Source: Lama glama (lineage: Eukaryota). Taken from it: a stretch of DNA of 64,000 nucleotides. The DNA lies in assembly GCA_028534125.1 (NCBI GenBank), contig CM052817.1:107076001-107140000 (forward strand), in the 5' to 3' direction. Positions within the stretch are counted from its first letter, which is position 1, and each line of letters begins with the position of its first letter. The notes beneath the pieces are model-generated. The model saw only the letters and a list, made by a program, of their open reading frames with translations, was not told the DNA's origin and made no database searches. The translations under genes were made by a program, and so were the position numbers. This document shows positions 13,863-26,560 of the stretch, in pieces.

Positions 13863-15844
13863 TCTTAAAAAGACAAAAACAAACAAACAAAAATCTTTGG
13901 AAGAATTAACAAGCAACTAAAATCCCTCACCATCACTAGGAATTGAGAATTAGGCAGCTGTGGAACAGAGGAAGAAGATCCTCCACTGTATTCCTTTCTA
14001 TAGTTTTTGATGTGTGAACTATGAGGAAAAAAAGGAAACCTTAAGTAAAGAATATTTAAAACACTAACTTCTAGATGCATTAATTTAGGTCTAGATGATG
14101 ACTATTTCTGGAACACTAACAACATGCGAGAGCACGTAACCCTGTGCACTTACAATGCAAGTTAACTTTCAATCAGGAGCAGAAAAGGAGCATCCACTAG
14201 GAGACTGTGCCCCCAACCTTCCCCAGCCCAGTACCCCTCAAAATAGAAGACAATGAGGAGGCTAAGAGATAGCAAACAAAAGATGCTTTGGAAGGAAAAT
14301 GTATGATTTTTTTTTAAGGAGCTAAAAATGAGAAAATTCAGATGTTTAAAAAAAAAAAAAGCCAAGCAGCACTTGTGTCCTTTGTAAACGTCCTCCCTTT
14401 GCGTCCTGGACGGAGGTCTCTTCCAGCCCTAAAGTAAGGACATCTTCTACGTGTTATAAGGACAAAAGGAACAAACAAGCCTCATTGCCACAAAGTGACA
14501 CACGTTTTCTGCAACCGTACAACTCAGACATGGTTCGAACCCCAATATGCTCCCAGCACAAGCAGCACATCTGGATTTAGTCACCTGAGAAGCACTTAAG
14601 ACTCTTTAAGATCTCGCATCCCAAAGCCTAGGAATCTGACTTTCATTCTGTGATCGAAGCCACGAAGCACAACCATAAACCGGTGCCGGCGCTAGAAAAC
14701 GGCAGATAACCTGAAGAGTGTCTGTGTCCAAGACACAGGCGTATGCATTAATTCTTAGCACATCTGAGTAACCTCTGAATGTTTCTCGATTCCGGCCCAA
14801 TTCTAGTGTGATTAGCCCATTTCTGGATAGGGCAGCCAGACGACAAAGGTCACCTACGAGCCAGGACGTCCTCATGGCAACAGTGAGAAAAGGAGAAGTG
14901 CCAGGGATGCTTCACCCACCAGCCTGCAGATCTGGTCCCTGGCAGCAAGCTCCCAAGCCCCGCGCCCTGCTTGTTCATGTCAGCACTGAAAACTCCCAGC
15001 TGTGCCCCTAGACAGAAAGGCCACATGCCGAAGCCATTCCAGGTTGAAACGTCACAAGCAGCGGGAGTAAGAGGTATGCCACGGCGGTGTTTCTGACAGA
15101 CCGGCAACGCCTGGTCATGCTGCTGCTGAGAAAAACCGGTTCCTTTCCCCCACCGAGTACAGGACAACTTGTAAGGCATCAAGCTCGCCCATTTCAAAGA
15201 CCAAAGAACTCGAACAGGATCTGTCACTTTACATTCCTCTTCAACTGACAAAAATCTTTAGTAATGTAGCTGATTATTCAAAAAAAAAAAAAAACTGAGA
15301 ACCAAAAGCCAACAGTAACTAAACAGAAGAAGGTATCAAGACAATACATTTATCACACTATTTAGTCACATTATATAAACTCGATAAAGTCCCGGGAAGG
15401 AGGGAATGATAATACCTTTACACCATAACATTGTGTCCAGTGACAAAATTATCAACAAATATTAGATGCTATTAAAACCATTATGTGAAACTCTATTAAT
15501 TTCTGATACACCCGGTGATGAAGACAAGCTACTTAAAAGGCAGAGTTAATATAACAATACCTAACATTTACTGAGGGTTATCTACTCACTAAGTACCAGA
15601 ACCTCAATTAAAAGTAGACCATTCAACCCCACTCTACTCCAATTATTTTAAAAATTAAAATGTTAATAAAATTAGATCTTAGACCTGAAGTTCATCTCTA
15701 AAGTGCAAGTAACCTAGTGAAGCATCTTGAATAAAGAAAAAAATCCTACAAAATCAGAACTTCACTTTGTAAAAGTCCTTACTGACAGCAATACCCACGT
15801 TGACGCCCAATCTTCTTGTGGAGGGAGTACGATACAGGGAAAAG

Positions 15845-15980
15845 ACGTGGACTTTAAAATTAGACAGCTTTGTGTCCTTAAGCAAATTACGTAACCTCTC
15901 CATACCTCAGCCCCTTCTTCACAGGTAAACTGAAGACAGCGCCTCCTGCTTAATGGGCTTGATGTAAAAACTAACTAAAG
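15845..15980. mobile_element. MIR fragment
   Basis: TGTGTCCTTAAGCAAATTACGTAACCTCTCCATACCTCAG core-like sequence. Confidence 0.55.
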
Positions 15981-15982
15981 GT

Positions 15983-16068
15983 GGGGAGGGAGCGTAGAGC
16001 TCAGTGGTAGAGCACATATGCACGAGGTCCTGGGTTCAATTTCCAGTACCTCCATCAAAAAAAAAAAA
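15983..16068 (+). mobile_element. Vic-1-type SINE (short copy)
   Basis: AGCTCAGTGGTAGAGC..GAGGTCCTGGGTTCAATTTCCAGTACCTCCA followed by poly(A). Confidence 0.88.
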
Positions 16069-16621
16069 CTTAAAATACCCAAAACAAAAACTATTTTGAG
16101 GAAGAAAGCCTAGTTGCCTTTCAACAGCGTCAGTTGTTTTTTGATACCTTCCCTCAGCCCTCAGTTGTTTTTTCTTGGTTACGTTCTTCCTAGATGTAAA
16201 ATGAAGAGCAAGCAACACAACTCGAAGGATTATTTATTATTACACTGACAGCATCCTAAAATCACTAATATGGACCTCTTACTAAGGATAACCAGAAGTG
16301 TAACATAAAGATTCATTCATTTACTGTTGCACCTTTCAATAGTGAACGTTTACATTATAAAAGTAATTCAAATTCCTCTTCAAATTCTTCAAAACAGTCA
16401 TGAGGTTTTTATTCCACACTCTTACATTGATTAACACTCTTATGTACGTCTCTGGCTATATGTCAAGGTTCACAGAGCACCCAAACTTACAGACAGAATG
16501 ATGACAGATTTCAATAATCGGAAAGGAAAAGAAAATCATATCCATTCATAGCTCACAATTACAAAGCTTTTATTCTAAAAGCATGTATTCTGAAGAACAC
16601 TCAGAATAGAACATATATACA

Positions 16622-16672
16622 TGTTACACATATGGAAAGACTTTGCCACTTTTGAGTACTTTTGAAAGTGAA
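16622..16672 (+). other. Orthologue of one arm of human MIR3688 (no hairpin here, so not called a miRNA gene)
   Basis: TATGGAAAGACTTTGCCACT at 16631-16650 matches the first 20 nt of hsa-miR-3688-3p as I recall it (UAUGGAAAGACUUUGCCACUCU). Human MIR3688 lies in RAPGEF2 intron 1. The complementary arm is absent from the flanks. Confidence 0.75.
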
Positions 16673-17889
16673 AAATTGGGGGCTCAGCTTTTTTACTCAA
16701 AATGAAATAATCAAAGCTACTCGAGATAACAGCGGTGCAGATGAGTTCTTACACAATGGTGCTTTGAAGTCCGAAAATGCTTTCGCAAGGAAAAGCTCTT
16801 TACAAAACTCAACATGAAGCTTGTGCTTCTCAAATGGTCCAGATAAGGATTAAGCTGGACAACCCAATAAAGGAACAATTTGGAAACACGGTTTTACTGC
16901 CTTACCCTGGAAACAGGCATATTTCTGTAAGTGCTATTAGCCAAATACTAAAAGGATCTTAGTCCATCATCTCTAAACATGACTCACAATTCCTACTGGC
17001 ACTAATACGTTTGCTGTGTCAGTGATCATCATGTCACACTAGCGTAGACTTCCCCATCTGTGAAGTACTTTCTCATATCTTATGCTCATTTAAGCCATAA
17101 CAAACACCCTGGAAAACAGAAAAGGTACAACAGTGTGCTCTGTTTCACAAACCAGAAAAATGAAGCACAGTGAAAGCTGCCAAGGTCGCTCAAAGAGTAA
17201 GGAGTGTAGCAGCAGTGTCCCCCTCCCAGTGACTCTTCCTCATGAGAATTACAGACCCCAAAATGAGCGACAGCAGCAGAGCAACTTCAATGCCAAGGGA
17301 CTTACGGCATTACCAGTCTCAATTTTTTTCTCTTAGATCTTCCAAGAGATCAGATATACAATTTAACATATTGTTAATCTAACTTAAGGAAGGTTACAAG
17401 ATAGACGTGTAAAACAAAAAGTTCAGAATCCTGTAAAAGCAAATGTACACATACCCAAATAAAATCCAAGGCAACAAACTGAAGTCCAGGGCTTTGGAGT
17501 TCACAGTGTCATGCGTGGAATTCAGGTTTTTACTTCTGACTTGCTTCTGTGGCCTACCAAAGTCATGGTGACTGAGTAATATTTGGATCACTATGGCCTA
17601 ACCACACAATTCTAGGAATCACTTGTGGCTCAGTCTTAAAATAATCACGAGCCAAAGTCACATTATGCTCAAATAGTAAAAAAAATAATTTCTTAAGAGT
17701 TAAATTTTAAAATTGTAACCAATTGGATCAGGTCCCAACAGTATTACGTACTGAATAACCATGAGACTGGCTGACACACTTTATACATTTAAATATTTAT
17801 GGAATGATACAGAATTACAAAACACCACAGAAACACAAATGCCAATAAGACAGTTTCACCTTCAAGGAATTTTGGAGTTTAAAACAGGA

Positions 17890-19750
17890 AATAAAGCACA
17901 TTAAAAACTCTAAGACACTGATGAAAGAAATTGAAGAAGACACAAATAAAGTTGAGAGACAGTCCACGCTCATGGATTGGAAGAATACTGTGAAAATGAC
18001 CACACTAAGCAAAGCAATCCACAAATTCAATGTAATCCCTATCAAAATTCCAATGACATTTTCCACAGAACTACAACAAGTAATTCTAAAATTTGTATGG
18101 GAACACAAAAAGACCCTGACTAGCCAAAACAATCTTGAGAAAGAACAGAAAAGCTGGAGGCATCACATTCCCTCGTTTCAGAGCACATTTCAAAGCTACA
18201 ATCATCAAAACAATATGGCATTGGTATAAATACAGACACACAGATTAATGGAACAGCATAAAAGACCAGAAATAAACCCACACATACAGGGCAATTAATT
18301 TACAACAAAGGAGCCAAAAACATACAATGAAGAAAAGACAGCCTTCAACAAATGGTGCAGGGAAAACTGGACAACCACATGCGAAAGACTGAAACAAGAC
18401 TATTATCTTTCACTATACACAAAAATTAACTAAACACAGACTAAAGACTTGAATGTAAGAACTGAAAACCATAAATTCCTAGAAGAAAACATAGGCAGTA
18501 ACCTCCCTGGCACTGGTCTTGGCGATATTTTCAGATCTGACTCCAAAGGCATGGGAAACAAAAACAAAAATAAACAAGTGGGAATACATCAAACTAAAAA
18601 ACTTCTGCCGTGAAGGAAGCCATCAACAAAATGAAAAGGCACCCTACTGAATGGGAGAAGGTATCTACAAATTGTATATCTGATAAGGAGTTAATACCCA
18701 AAATACAAAAAGAATTCACACAACTCAACGTCAAAGAAACAAATGGGTAGAGGACTGAACAGACACTTTTCCAAGAAGATATCCAGATGGCCAACAACAC
18801 ATGAAAAGATGCTCAACATCACTAATCACCAGGGAAATGCAAATCAAAACCACACAGCTCTTAGGATGACTATTATCAAGAAGACAACAAATAACAAGTG
18901 TTGGCAAGGACGTGGAGAGAAGGGAACCCTCATGTCCTGTTGGTGGGAACGTAAGTTGGTGTAGCTGCTGTGGAAGAAAGTATGGAGGTTCCTGGAAAAA
19001 TTAAGAACAGAACTACCACATGACATAGCTATTCCAATTCTGAGTTATTTATGCAAAGAATATGAAAACACTAATTTGAAAAGATATCTGCTCCTCTATG
19101 TTCACTGCAGCATTATTTATAACAGCCAAGATGTGAAAAACAACAGAATTGTCCATCAGTGGATGAATGGATAAAGAAGATGTCTCACACACACACACAC
19201 ACACAAAAGAATATTACTCAGTAAAAAAGAATGAAATCTTGCTATTTGCAACAACATGGATGAACCTTGAGGGAATTATGCTAACTGAAATAAGTCAGAT
19301 GGAGGAAAGACAAATATTATATGATTTCACTTACACATAGAATCTAAAAAAACAAATGCACAAGCCAAACAAAACAAAAACAAACTGGCGGGAGGGTACA
19401 GCTCAGTGGTAGAGTGCATGCTTAGTACGCAGGAGGTAGGGTTCAGGCCCCAGTACCTCCATTACAAAAAATAAATGAATAAATAAACTTAATTACCTCC
19501 CTCCCATATAAATAAATAAACAAATTTAAAAAAAAAACTGAGAGATACAGGGAACAGACTGGTGGTCTCAGGGTGGAAGGGAACTGGGGAGTGGAGAGCA
19601 AAATGGGTGAAGGGGGTCAACTGTGCAGTGATGAACTAAAACAAGACATAGAGTGGTGGTCACTATGCAGGGCACACAAGTATCAATGACTTTGTACACC
19701 TGAAATGTCCACAATGTCATGTCCAATTTTACCTCAATAAAAAAATAAAA
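17890..19750 (+). mobile_element. 5'-truncated L1 (degenerate ORF2 C-terminal part plus 3'UTR)
   Basis: ORF fragment MKEIEEDTNK..WK..VKMTTLSKAIHKFNVIPIKIPMTFSTELQQVILKFVW is L1 ORF2. Frameshifts and stops are present; ends ACCTCAATAAAAAA. Confidence 0.95.
19388..19535 (+). mobile_element. Vic-1-type SINE nested in the L1 3'UTR
   Basis: GGGAGGGTACAGCTCAGTGGTAGAGTGCATGCTTAG..., with an A-rich tail and AAACTG on both sides. Confidence 0.9.
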
Positions 19751-19751
19751 T

Positions 19752-19852
19752 AATATGCATATAAATGCATGACTGAGACATTATGCTGTGCACCAGAAAC
19801 TGACACACTGTGACTGACAGTACTTCAATTTTTAAAATATAAATAAATAAAT
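19752..19852 (+). mobile_element. Second short L1 3' terminus appended to the first L1 tail
   Basis: ATGACTGAGACATTATGCTGTGCACCAGAAACTGACACACTGTGACTGACAGTACTTCAAT + (TAAA)n resembles the 3' end of the younger L1 at 21845 read in reverse. Confidence 0.6.
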
Positions 19853-21844
19853 AAAACAGGAGTAAGATGTGTATACCTAATAATTACGAAACAATTACCA
19901 GAGGATAAATGGCTTGCAGAGATGCGCAAGTTTAAAACCAGTAAAAAGCCCATAAAGAACAATTCAACCTTGGGCTCGAGTGACCAGAAGAAAGCTTCGT
20001 GGAGAAGGAAACATTTAAGCCAGTCCCTTAAAAGTGACGGGGGTAGGTGTGAGGGAGGGAGGGAGACCAGCACTGAATGGAGTCACCAGAAAGGGTAAAA
20101 AGGGGAGGCGTCGGACCTGGCCAGTGGGACACTGACAGAGGCCTGAGGAGGACGGAACTTAGAAGGGAAAGAAGAGCTACCGAGGACAACAAAGGAATGT
20201 CCCCCTTCCCAAACTCCGCGGTTAGCTTCTTACAAAATCAGTTCCAACAGAGCAGCAGTTTGCCCAGAAGATCATGCAAGACGATTGTTCTCTGTGGTTA
20301 CAAGGCTCATTCTTGAAAATTACCATCCACATGAGCGGGGCCCTACTTGACAATGAGAAATGAGGCCTTGGGCTCCCCTCTGAAACACCACCCAAAGTAA
20401 GCAGGTCCACACAGCACTGCTCTCCTTGTACTCTCCGTCTTGCAATCAACGGAGAAAAGGAAAAACGAAGGGAAACATAAATCAGGACCTCGCCCAGAGG
20501 CAGCGCGGACGGGGTCATTTCGAAGGTGCTCCTTTTCACAGTCAGAGGAGGGAGTGTTTATCTAGGAAATTCAGAAGAAAATGTGGAGAAATTCTTAGAA
20601 TCTTCTCAAAGAGATGATAGAGATTAGCCACTTTTTTTTAAAGCCTTGGACAAGAACAAGTAAATGACATTTCACAGTAAGTCATTTCACTTATTTCATA
20701 TATAAAGAAAACTTCAAGATATACAGAAGGCCAGATCTTAAGCGAAGGGTGGGATTTTTCTTATGTCTCCTAAAACAAAAACAAAAACAAAAAACAAAAC
20801 AAAACAAAAAAAAAAACGGCACCCAGCTTGACAAGTATGGCTTGCTTTCTGCCAGACTTGCAAAGATTTCTAGGAGATACTACTTTCTTTTCTCTTTCCC
20901 TCAAACTGTTCTGTCTTTTCTTTTGACCAATTTGAATATTGTTTTCCTAAAAATTGATTCAATATGTTTAATATCTACTCCCTTCCTTAAAAAAAAATCA
21001 CAAACAGAAGTGTTCAAAATACTGTACAATGCCTAAAGTTTAAATTAAATAGTTCTCGATCCTTTCCAGAGGACATTAACTGACTGTTTTCATGGATAAC
21101 TTTAGAGGTAACGCCTGAAAGAATGAACACTGATTACCCTCTAAGGATAATGTACTGAAGGACAATGAACACCAGGAACATTTCTTTTGGGGAGTGAGGA
21201 GTTCTGATACTATATATATGGTAATAAGGTTTTTATCAGCATCCTCTACAAAGTTTCACTCAACGCTGGCAAAGACACTGTTGCAATTCTGGAGTAGTCA
21301 GCGTCTCCCTCCTGAACTCTGATGAAAGCAAATCCTTTCACCTGAGTAATTTTACTTCTAACTCCAAAAGTCCCATGGAATAGTCTCTTTTCTTTACTCA
21401 CACTGATACAATTCATTACCACAGATGTACAAGTTATACTCTGTCAACTGTTTAAATTCTGTCTGCGATTGCCAAGAAGTAACAGCTACTCCACAGCACC
21501 CTGCAGGAGGAAAGACTACCAACCCATGTGAGTTTCTGTTTGGATCCAAGATAAAGAAAGATAAGTAACTTAATAAAAGGTAAACGGTTTTATCTCTGAA
21601 TCCAATTTAAAGGCTTAGATAATACGCCTACCACCATTTCTTTAAAAGATAAAGTAGCAGGCAAATAATTCTTGATTGTAAACTTAATGGAAATTAGGGT
21701 ATTTCTGAGTACACGAAGTTGATTGATTACGCAGAGCACCCAGCATGTGCCAGGGACTGGGGCCTGGTACAGCGGGTGGGCTTAAACAACTCAGTTTTGT
21801 TTTGTTTCAATAACAGAAGCCTAATGTAAGAAGAGGATTTTCTT

Positions 21845-22876
21845 TTTTTTTTAACATTTTTTATTGATTTATAATCATTTTACAATGTTGTGTCAAATTC
21901 CAGTGTAGAGCACAATTTTTCAGTTATACATGAACACACTTATATTCATTGTCACATTTTTTTCTCTGTGAGCTACCATAAGATCTTGTGTATATTTCCC
22001 TGTGCTATACAGGATAATCTTGTTTATCTATTCTACAATTTTGAAATCNNNNNNNNNNNNNNNNNNNNNNNNNNNNNNNNNNNNNNNNNNNNNNNNNNNN
22101 NNNNNNNNNNNNNNNNNNNNNNNNNNNNNNNNNNNNNNNNNNNNNNNNNNNNNNNNNNNNNNNNNNNNNNNNNNNNNNNNNNNNNNNNNNNNNNNNNNNN
22201 NNNNNNNNNNNNNNNNNNNNNNNNNNNNNNNNNNNNNNNNNNNNNNNNNNNNNNNNNNNNNNNNNNNNNNNNNNNNNNNNNNNNNNNNNNNNNNNNNNNN
22301 NNNNNNNNNNNNNNNNNNNNNNNNNNNNNNNNNNNNNNNNNNNNNNNNNNNNNNNNNNNNNNNNNNNNNNNNNNNNNNNNNNNNNNNNNNNNNNNNNNNN
22401 NNNNNNNNNNNNNNNNNNNNNNNNNNNNNNNNNNNNNNNNNNNNNNNNNNNNNNNNNNNNNNNNNNNNNNNNNNNNNNNNNNNNNNNNNNNNNNNNNNNN
22501 NNNNNNNNNNNNNNNNNNNNNNNNNNNNNNNNNNNNNNNNNNNNNNNNTGGGGTGCAGGTGTCATTTCGAAGTAGGGTTCCTTCTGGATATATGCCCAGG
22601 AGCAGGATTCCTGGGTCATATGGTAAGTCTATTCCCAGTCTTTTGAGGAATCTCCATACTGTTTTCCACAGTGGCGGCACCAAACTGCATTCCCACCAGC
22701 AGTGTAGGAGGGTTCCCCTTTCTCCGCAGCCTCTCCAGCATTTGCCATTTGTGGATTTTTGAATGATGGCCATTCTGAACGGTGTGAAGTGATACCTCAT
22801 TGTAGTTTTGATTTGCATTTCTCTGATTAGTGATATTGAGCATTTTTTCATGTGCCTATTGATCATTTGTATGTAG
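21845..22876 (-). mobile_element. Young 5'-truncated L1 with TSD
   Basis: Uninterrupted ORF2 C-terminal peptide ([56 protein letters not shown]), poly(T) at the left end and TSD GAAGAGGATTTTCTT at 21830-21844 and 22877-22891. Confidence 0.95.
22049..22548. other. Assembly gap (~500 N) inside the L1
   Basis: Run of N. Confidence 1.
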
Positions 22877-22920
22877 GAAGAGGATTTTCTTAAAACTTCT
22901 CATCTAACTCTAGATTTCTT

Positions 22921-22978
22921 GAAAACCTAAAAAAAGGCCACAGACTCACAGAAAACCTCAAAAAAGGCCACAGTTACA
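22921..22978. repeat. Imperfect 30-bp tandem duplication
   Basis: GAAAACCTAAAAAAAGGCCACAG.. / GAAAACCTCAAAAAAGGCCACAG.. Confidence 0.85.
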
Positions 22979-23481
22979 AAAAAAAAAAAAAAAGTCAGGC
23001 TGGAAAATGTATGACAACAACCTATACAAAAATACGTCCTTCCTAGGAGCAAAACTGTATGACACAGAAAAACCCTGTTGGGTGAACTTTAACAGGTGAA
23101 CAATAATAAATTATACACATTATACTCAGTGTCTTTAGGACTTTCTATGAAGAGTCAATAATGCTACTGAGGAACAGAATTTCTTTTCTCCTTTCCGAGT
23201 GTATTTGTGAAGAGCACCAGGAGATACTATATTAGGATGACTAAAAGTCCAGGTCCTCTTTGGCTATACCCAGAAAGAACAAAACAATTGAAATGGGACA
23301 AGAGAGCTTTGCTTTTGCTGTGTTTAAGTAACAATGAGACTAGGCTGGGGTGTCTCTCTTCCACCTCATTTCCATTTGGGTAAAGCTACCTCCTTAGGAA
23401 AATGATCAGACTTACAATTATAACAGACCTGTGAGATCCTTGAGCCCTGGAATCAGTTGGAAGTTCTCAGAAACGAGAGTC

Positions 23482-23660
23482 CAAGGCAAAGGACAAACCT
23501 GTTCTGTAAAGAGCCAGACAGTAAATGCTTCGGGCTCTGCAGGCCAGACTCGGGCTCTGGCATGAAGGCAGCCTCAGACAACACGGAAAGACTGAGCCCA
23601 GCTGTGTCCCAACAAAACTTTATACAAAACAGGCTACGGGCTGAATGTGGCCCAGGGGGA
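23482..23660. mobile_element. MER58-like hAT-Charlie MITE
   Basis: CAAACCTGTTCTGTAAAGAGCCAGACAGTAAAT..., GCTGTGTCCCAACAAAACTTTAT. Confidence 0.75.
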
Positions 23661-25575
23661 TCTAGGGGGTTAAATTTTCAACAGTTTGATGGCTCTGTCC
23701 CTGTCACACGGGGACATTCACCCAACTACTCTGGGTATTTATTTCCTCTACTCAGAAGTCCAAACTGGACACGGGGTTTCAACATTTTTAGTGGTAAGTC
23801 TCCTCTTTCTAATAAAAATGAAGGGTGGAGGCTAAGCTAGATTTCTAGGACCCCCCAGAGGCCCCGAGAAGCCTCCAGGTCTGTGAGACACTGAGGAAAC
23901 CACTGGTCAGCTGATCCCGAAGGTTCCACTCAATGCCAAGAACCAGTGTTGGCCTCAACATCACCTCAGGCACCATCAGAAGGTGAGGGAAGCAACCTGC
24001 GGATCCTAGGCCGTTCAGATTCCTGAGAAATCACACGATCTCCTCCCACAAAGAAGAGCAGCCTCATGACAATGTTAAAAATGACCAAAAGTACAGGCGA
24101 AAAGCAGAAGACAATGAAGTTAAAGCTAAATTCTAATCTATACGTGTATATAATTAAGATGTCTTTTGCTACAAATTTGCAAAAATTTTACCCAGAACAA
24201 GTTTTATGACAGGTTACTTTTTTCTAAAGTTCTATATATAATCAATAAGTAAGGTTTCAGTGCAGCATATTTAATCTGTTTCTGAAATCACCTGTTAAGA
24301 AGTTAATACATTTGCTTATAAACCATTCTACAATTTAAACATGGTCGTCATATCTATTAAAATGGGTCAAGGCTAGGATCTCTACTTAGTAACAGTCTGC
24401 AAGTTAGTTCCAAATATTAGAGTTTAGTTTTATAAGTCTATCATTAATTTTGTTGTCCCTGATGATAATCAAAATCTCAAATTAACAAAATTAAAAAAAA
24501 ACAGATACTGCATAATATAACAAAGGTGTCACAGGATATCAGAGGAAGAATTTACATGTATGTCTGTTAAATAACAGTCAAGCACGTAAATCACAGTTCA
24601 AAATCCCAGCACAAAAGTGATTAAACTTACAGTCAGGGGACTGCCTGATACTCCATAAAAATAACTTTGTTCCACAAAAGTACACATTTCTATAAGGAGG
24701 ACTTGAACCAAAAGTTGCTGCCCCTTTCAGCTTTCACCCAATTCACTACTAATATAGAAGCATACAATTACCTTTTCCCCTGTACCTCAAATTCTCAGGA
24801 AAAACAAAGACCAAGCCATTAAACATTTGCTGGCTCCGGTTCTGTGCTGCAGAGCACACCAAGTCCTGGGCTCAGACATGACTGGAAGCCCCAGGCCAGC
24901 AGGCTCTCTAGTGAGGCTGGTGGACACACAGCAAGTCAGTCCATTTTAAGTGAAACCAAGGCTCCAGCTTGGACTCCAAATTCAGGCATATACTACCTCC
25001 CAGCCCCCTACACACACACACACCCAAAACAATTAACTTATATTAAAAAAAAAAAGACTATTTTAAATTAAATCCCACTCTTTCCAAAAACATTTCTAGC
25101 CATTTGCTGCTGACAGCAAACTGCTTAAATGACCTAACAACACATTAAGAGCAATTTATCTACATAAATCTGGAATGCGATCATAAAAAGCCCATAAACA
25201 AACACCACGGTTGCCCTAAGGCAGGGCATGGTGCGTACTTATCTAATATCAAAGCTAGTCTTGTACAATAGCCAACAAGATTGCACTGTGTAGCGCAGGG
25301 AAATATATACAAGATGAAACCACCCTTCTTAAAGACAGAAGTTTGTAAGTATGAATCAACAAGTTATAGAAAACTCTATTCAAACAGCTATTTGTTACCA
25401 ACATTTTATACACAAACGTATATTTAGCTCTAAAAAGTGATGATTTAGCTTTTAGGAGGAATGACAAATTGAAAACTTCAAAGTCCCAGAAAAATGACAA
25501 AATATTACTACACACAGAAATTTCAGATCACAAAATTGGAGCACATTAAAAAGTTCTCAAAAAATAAGAGTACAT

Positions 25576-25727
25576 TTTTTTGTGTGTGGGGAGAGGGTAA
25601 ATTAGGTTTGCTTGTTTATTTGTTTGTTTGTTTGTTTGTTTGTTTTTAGAGGAGGTACTGGGGATTGAACCCAGGACCTCATGCATTCTAGGCACGTGCT
25701 CTACCACTTGAGCTACACCCTCCCCCA
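25576..25727 (-). mobile_element. Vic-1-type SINE
   Basis: GAGGTACTGGGGATTGAACCCAGGACCTC..CTCTACCACTTGAGCTACACCCTCCCC, a (TTTG)n tail and flanking AGAGTA(C/A)ATTT. Confidence 0.92.
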
Positions 25728-26219
25728 CAACAGAGTAAATTTGAAACAAAAAGAATTGACTTAGAACATATAAATCTACGTCTTACTTGAAATCAATACT
25801 TAAATCAATAGTCATCATGTAGAAATAATTATACTTAAAAGTTACATTCAGTGTTTTATTTATATCTATATATAAAATTCACCCACTGGTATTTTAACCT
25901 CTATTTTCAAAGAAGAGACTGTGCTTCAGAAAATTACTAATCATACATCTAATAAGCAAGCCAAGAAGTTGAATATGTTTATACATTATATATCTGTATT
26001 CATTTCTCCCTAACTGCGGCTAAAGGAATACAGCTGTGTAATACATTAAGACTTTCAAAGAGGTCTCCCGAGAATCACTGCATAAAATTAGGAAAACAAT
26101 ATCTCGGACAAATACTATCAACCAACAGCACTCATCCATCTTCATCTCCTTCTTTCCGGCCCTTCTGTAATATAGAGGCGGAAAAGGAAAATACTCAAAC
26201 TGTCAAGTCTCCTAGCAAC

Positions 26220-26560
26220 TAGGAGGAGCCACGGACACAGCTCCAGCCAGTTGCAAGTACCTGGAGAGGGTGTTCCTTCAAAATGAAAGGCAAACTCTTT
26301 CCAAGAAAAGCATTTTCCACCTCCTCCCTTCTCTCTTCTCCCCTGCTTGGTGGTGCAGCCATCACCTTGGGACTTGGAAAACTAAAATCACTTGCCAAGT
26401 AGAGTGAGCTGGTTTTCTTAGTGACAACCTGACCATCTGCATTAACCCTGCACTGCCTAACTTTAGAGTTCTTACTGTGTGTGGAAAATAAGCCCACAGT
26501 TAAGCCTCTGTGTGTGCAGTTTCTGATAACCTGCAGACTAATGCAAGTCTAACTCAATCC
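26220..26560 (+). mobile_element. Old MaLR LTR fragment (MLT1J/K/L-like)
   Basis: GCAGCCATC..., ACTGCCTAACTTTAGAGTTCTT..AAAATAAGCCC..GTTAAGCC..TTTCTGATAACCTGCAG. Confidence 0.5.

Noticed and set aside
14532..14542. Isolated Pol III B-box GGTTCGAACCC (another, inverted, at ~49989-49999)
   Set aside because: No properly spaced A-box, cloverleaf or terminator was seen. Probably chance or a repeat remnant.
16631..16652. Calling a functional MIR3688 gene
   Set aside because: There is no complementary arm, so no pre-miRNA hairpin can form.
21890..22866. 200-290 aa ORFs
   Set aside because: Artefacts of reading through Ns. The real part is a truncated L1 ORF2.
25650..25727. tRNA-Ala-like sequences (here and at the other SINE heads)
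   Set aside because: They have A-rich tails, TSDs and broken stems, so they are SINEs rather than tRNA genes.
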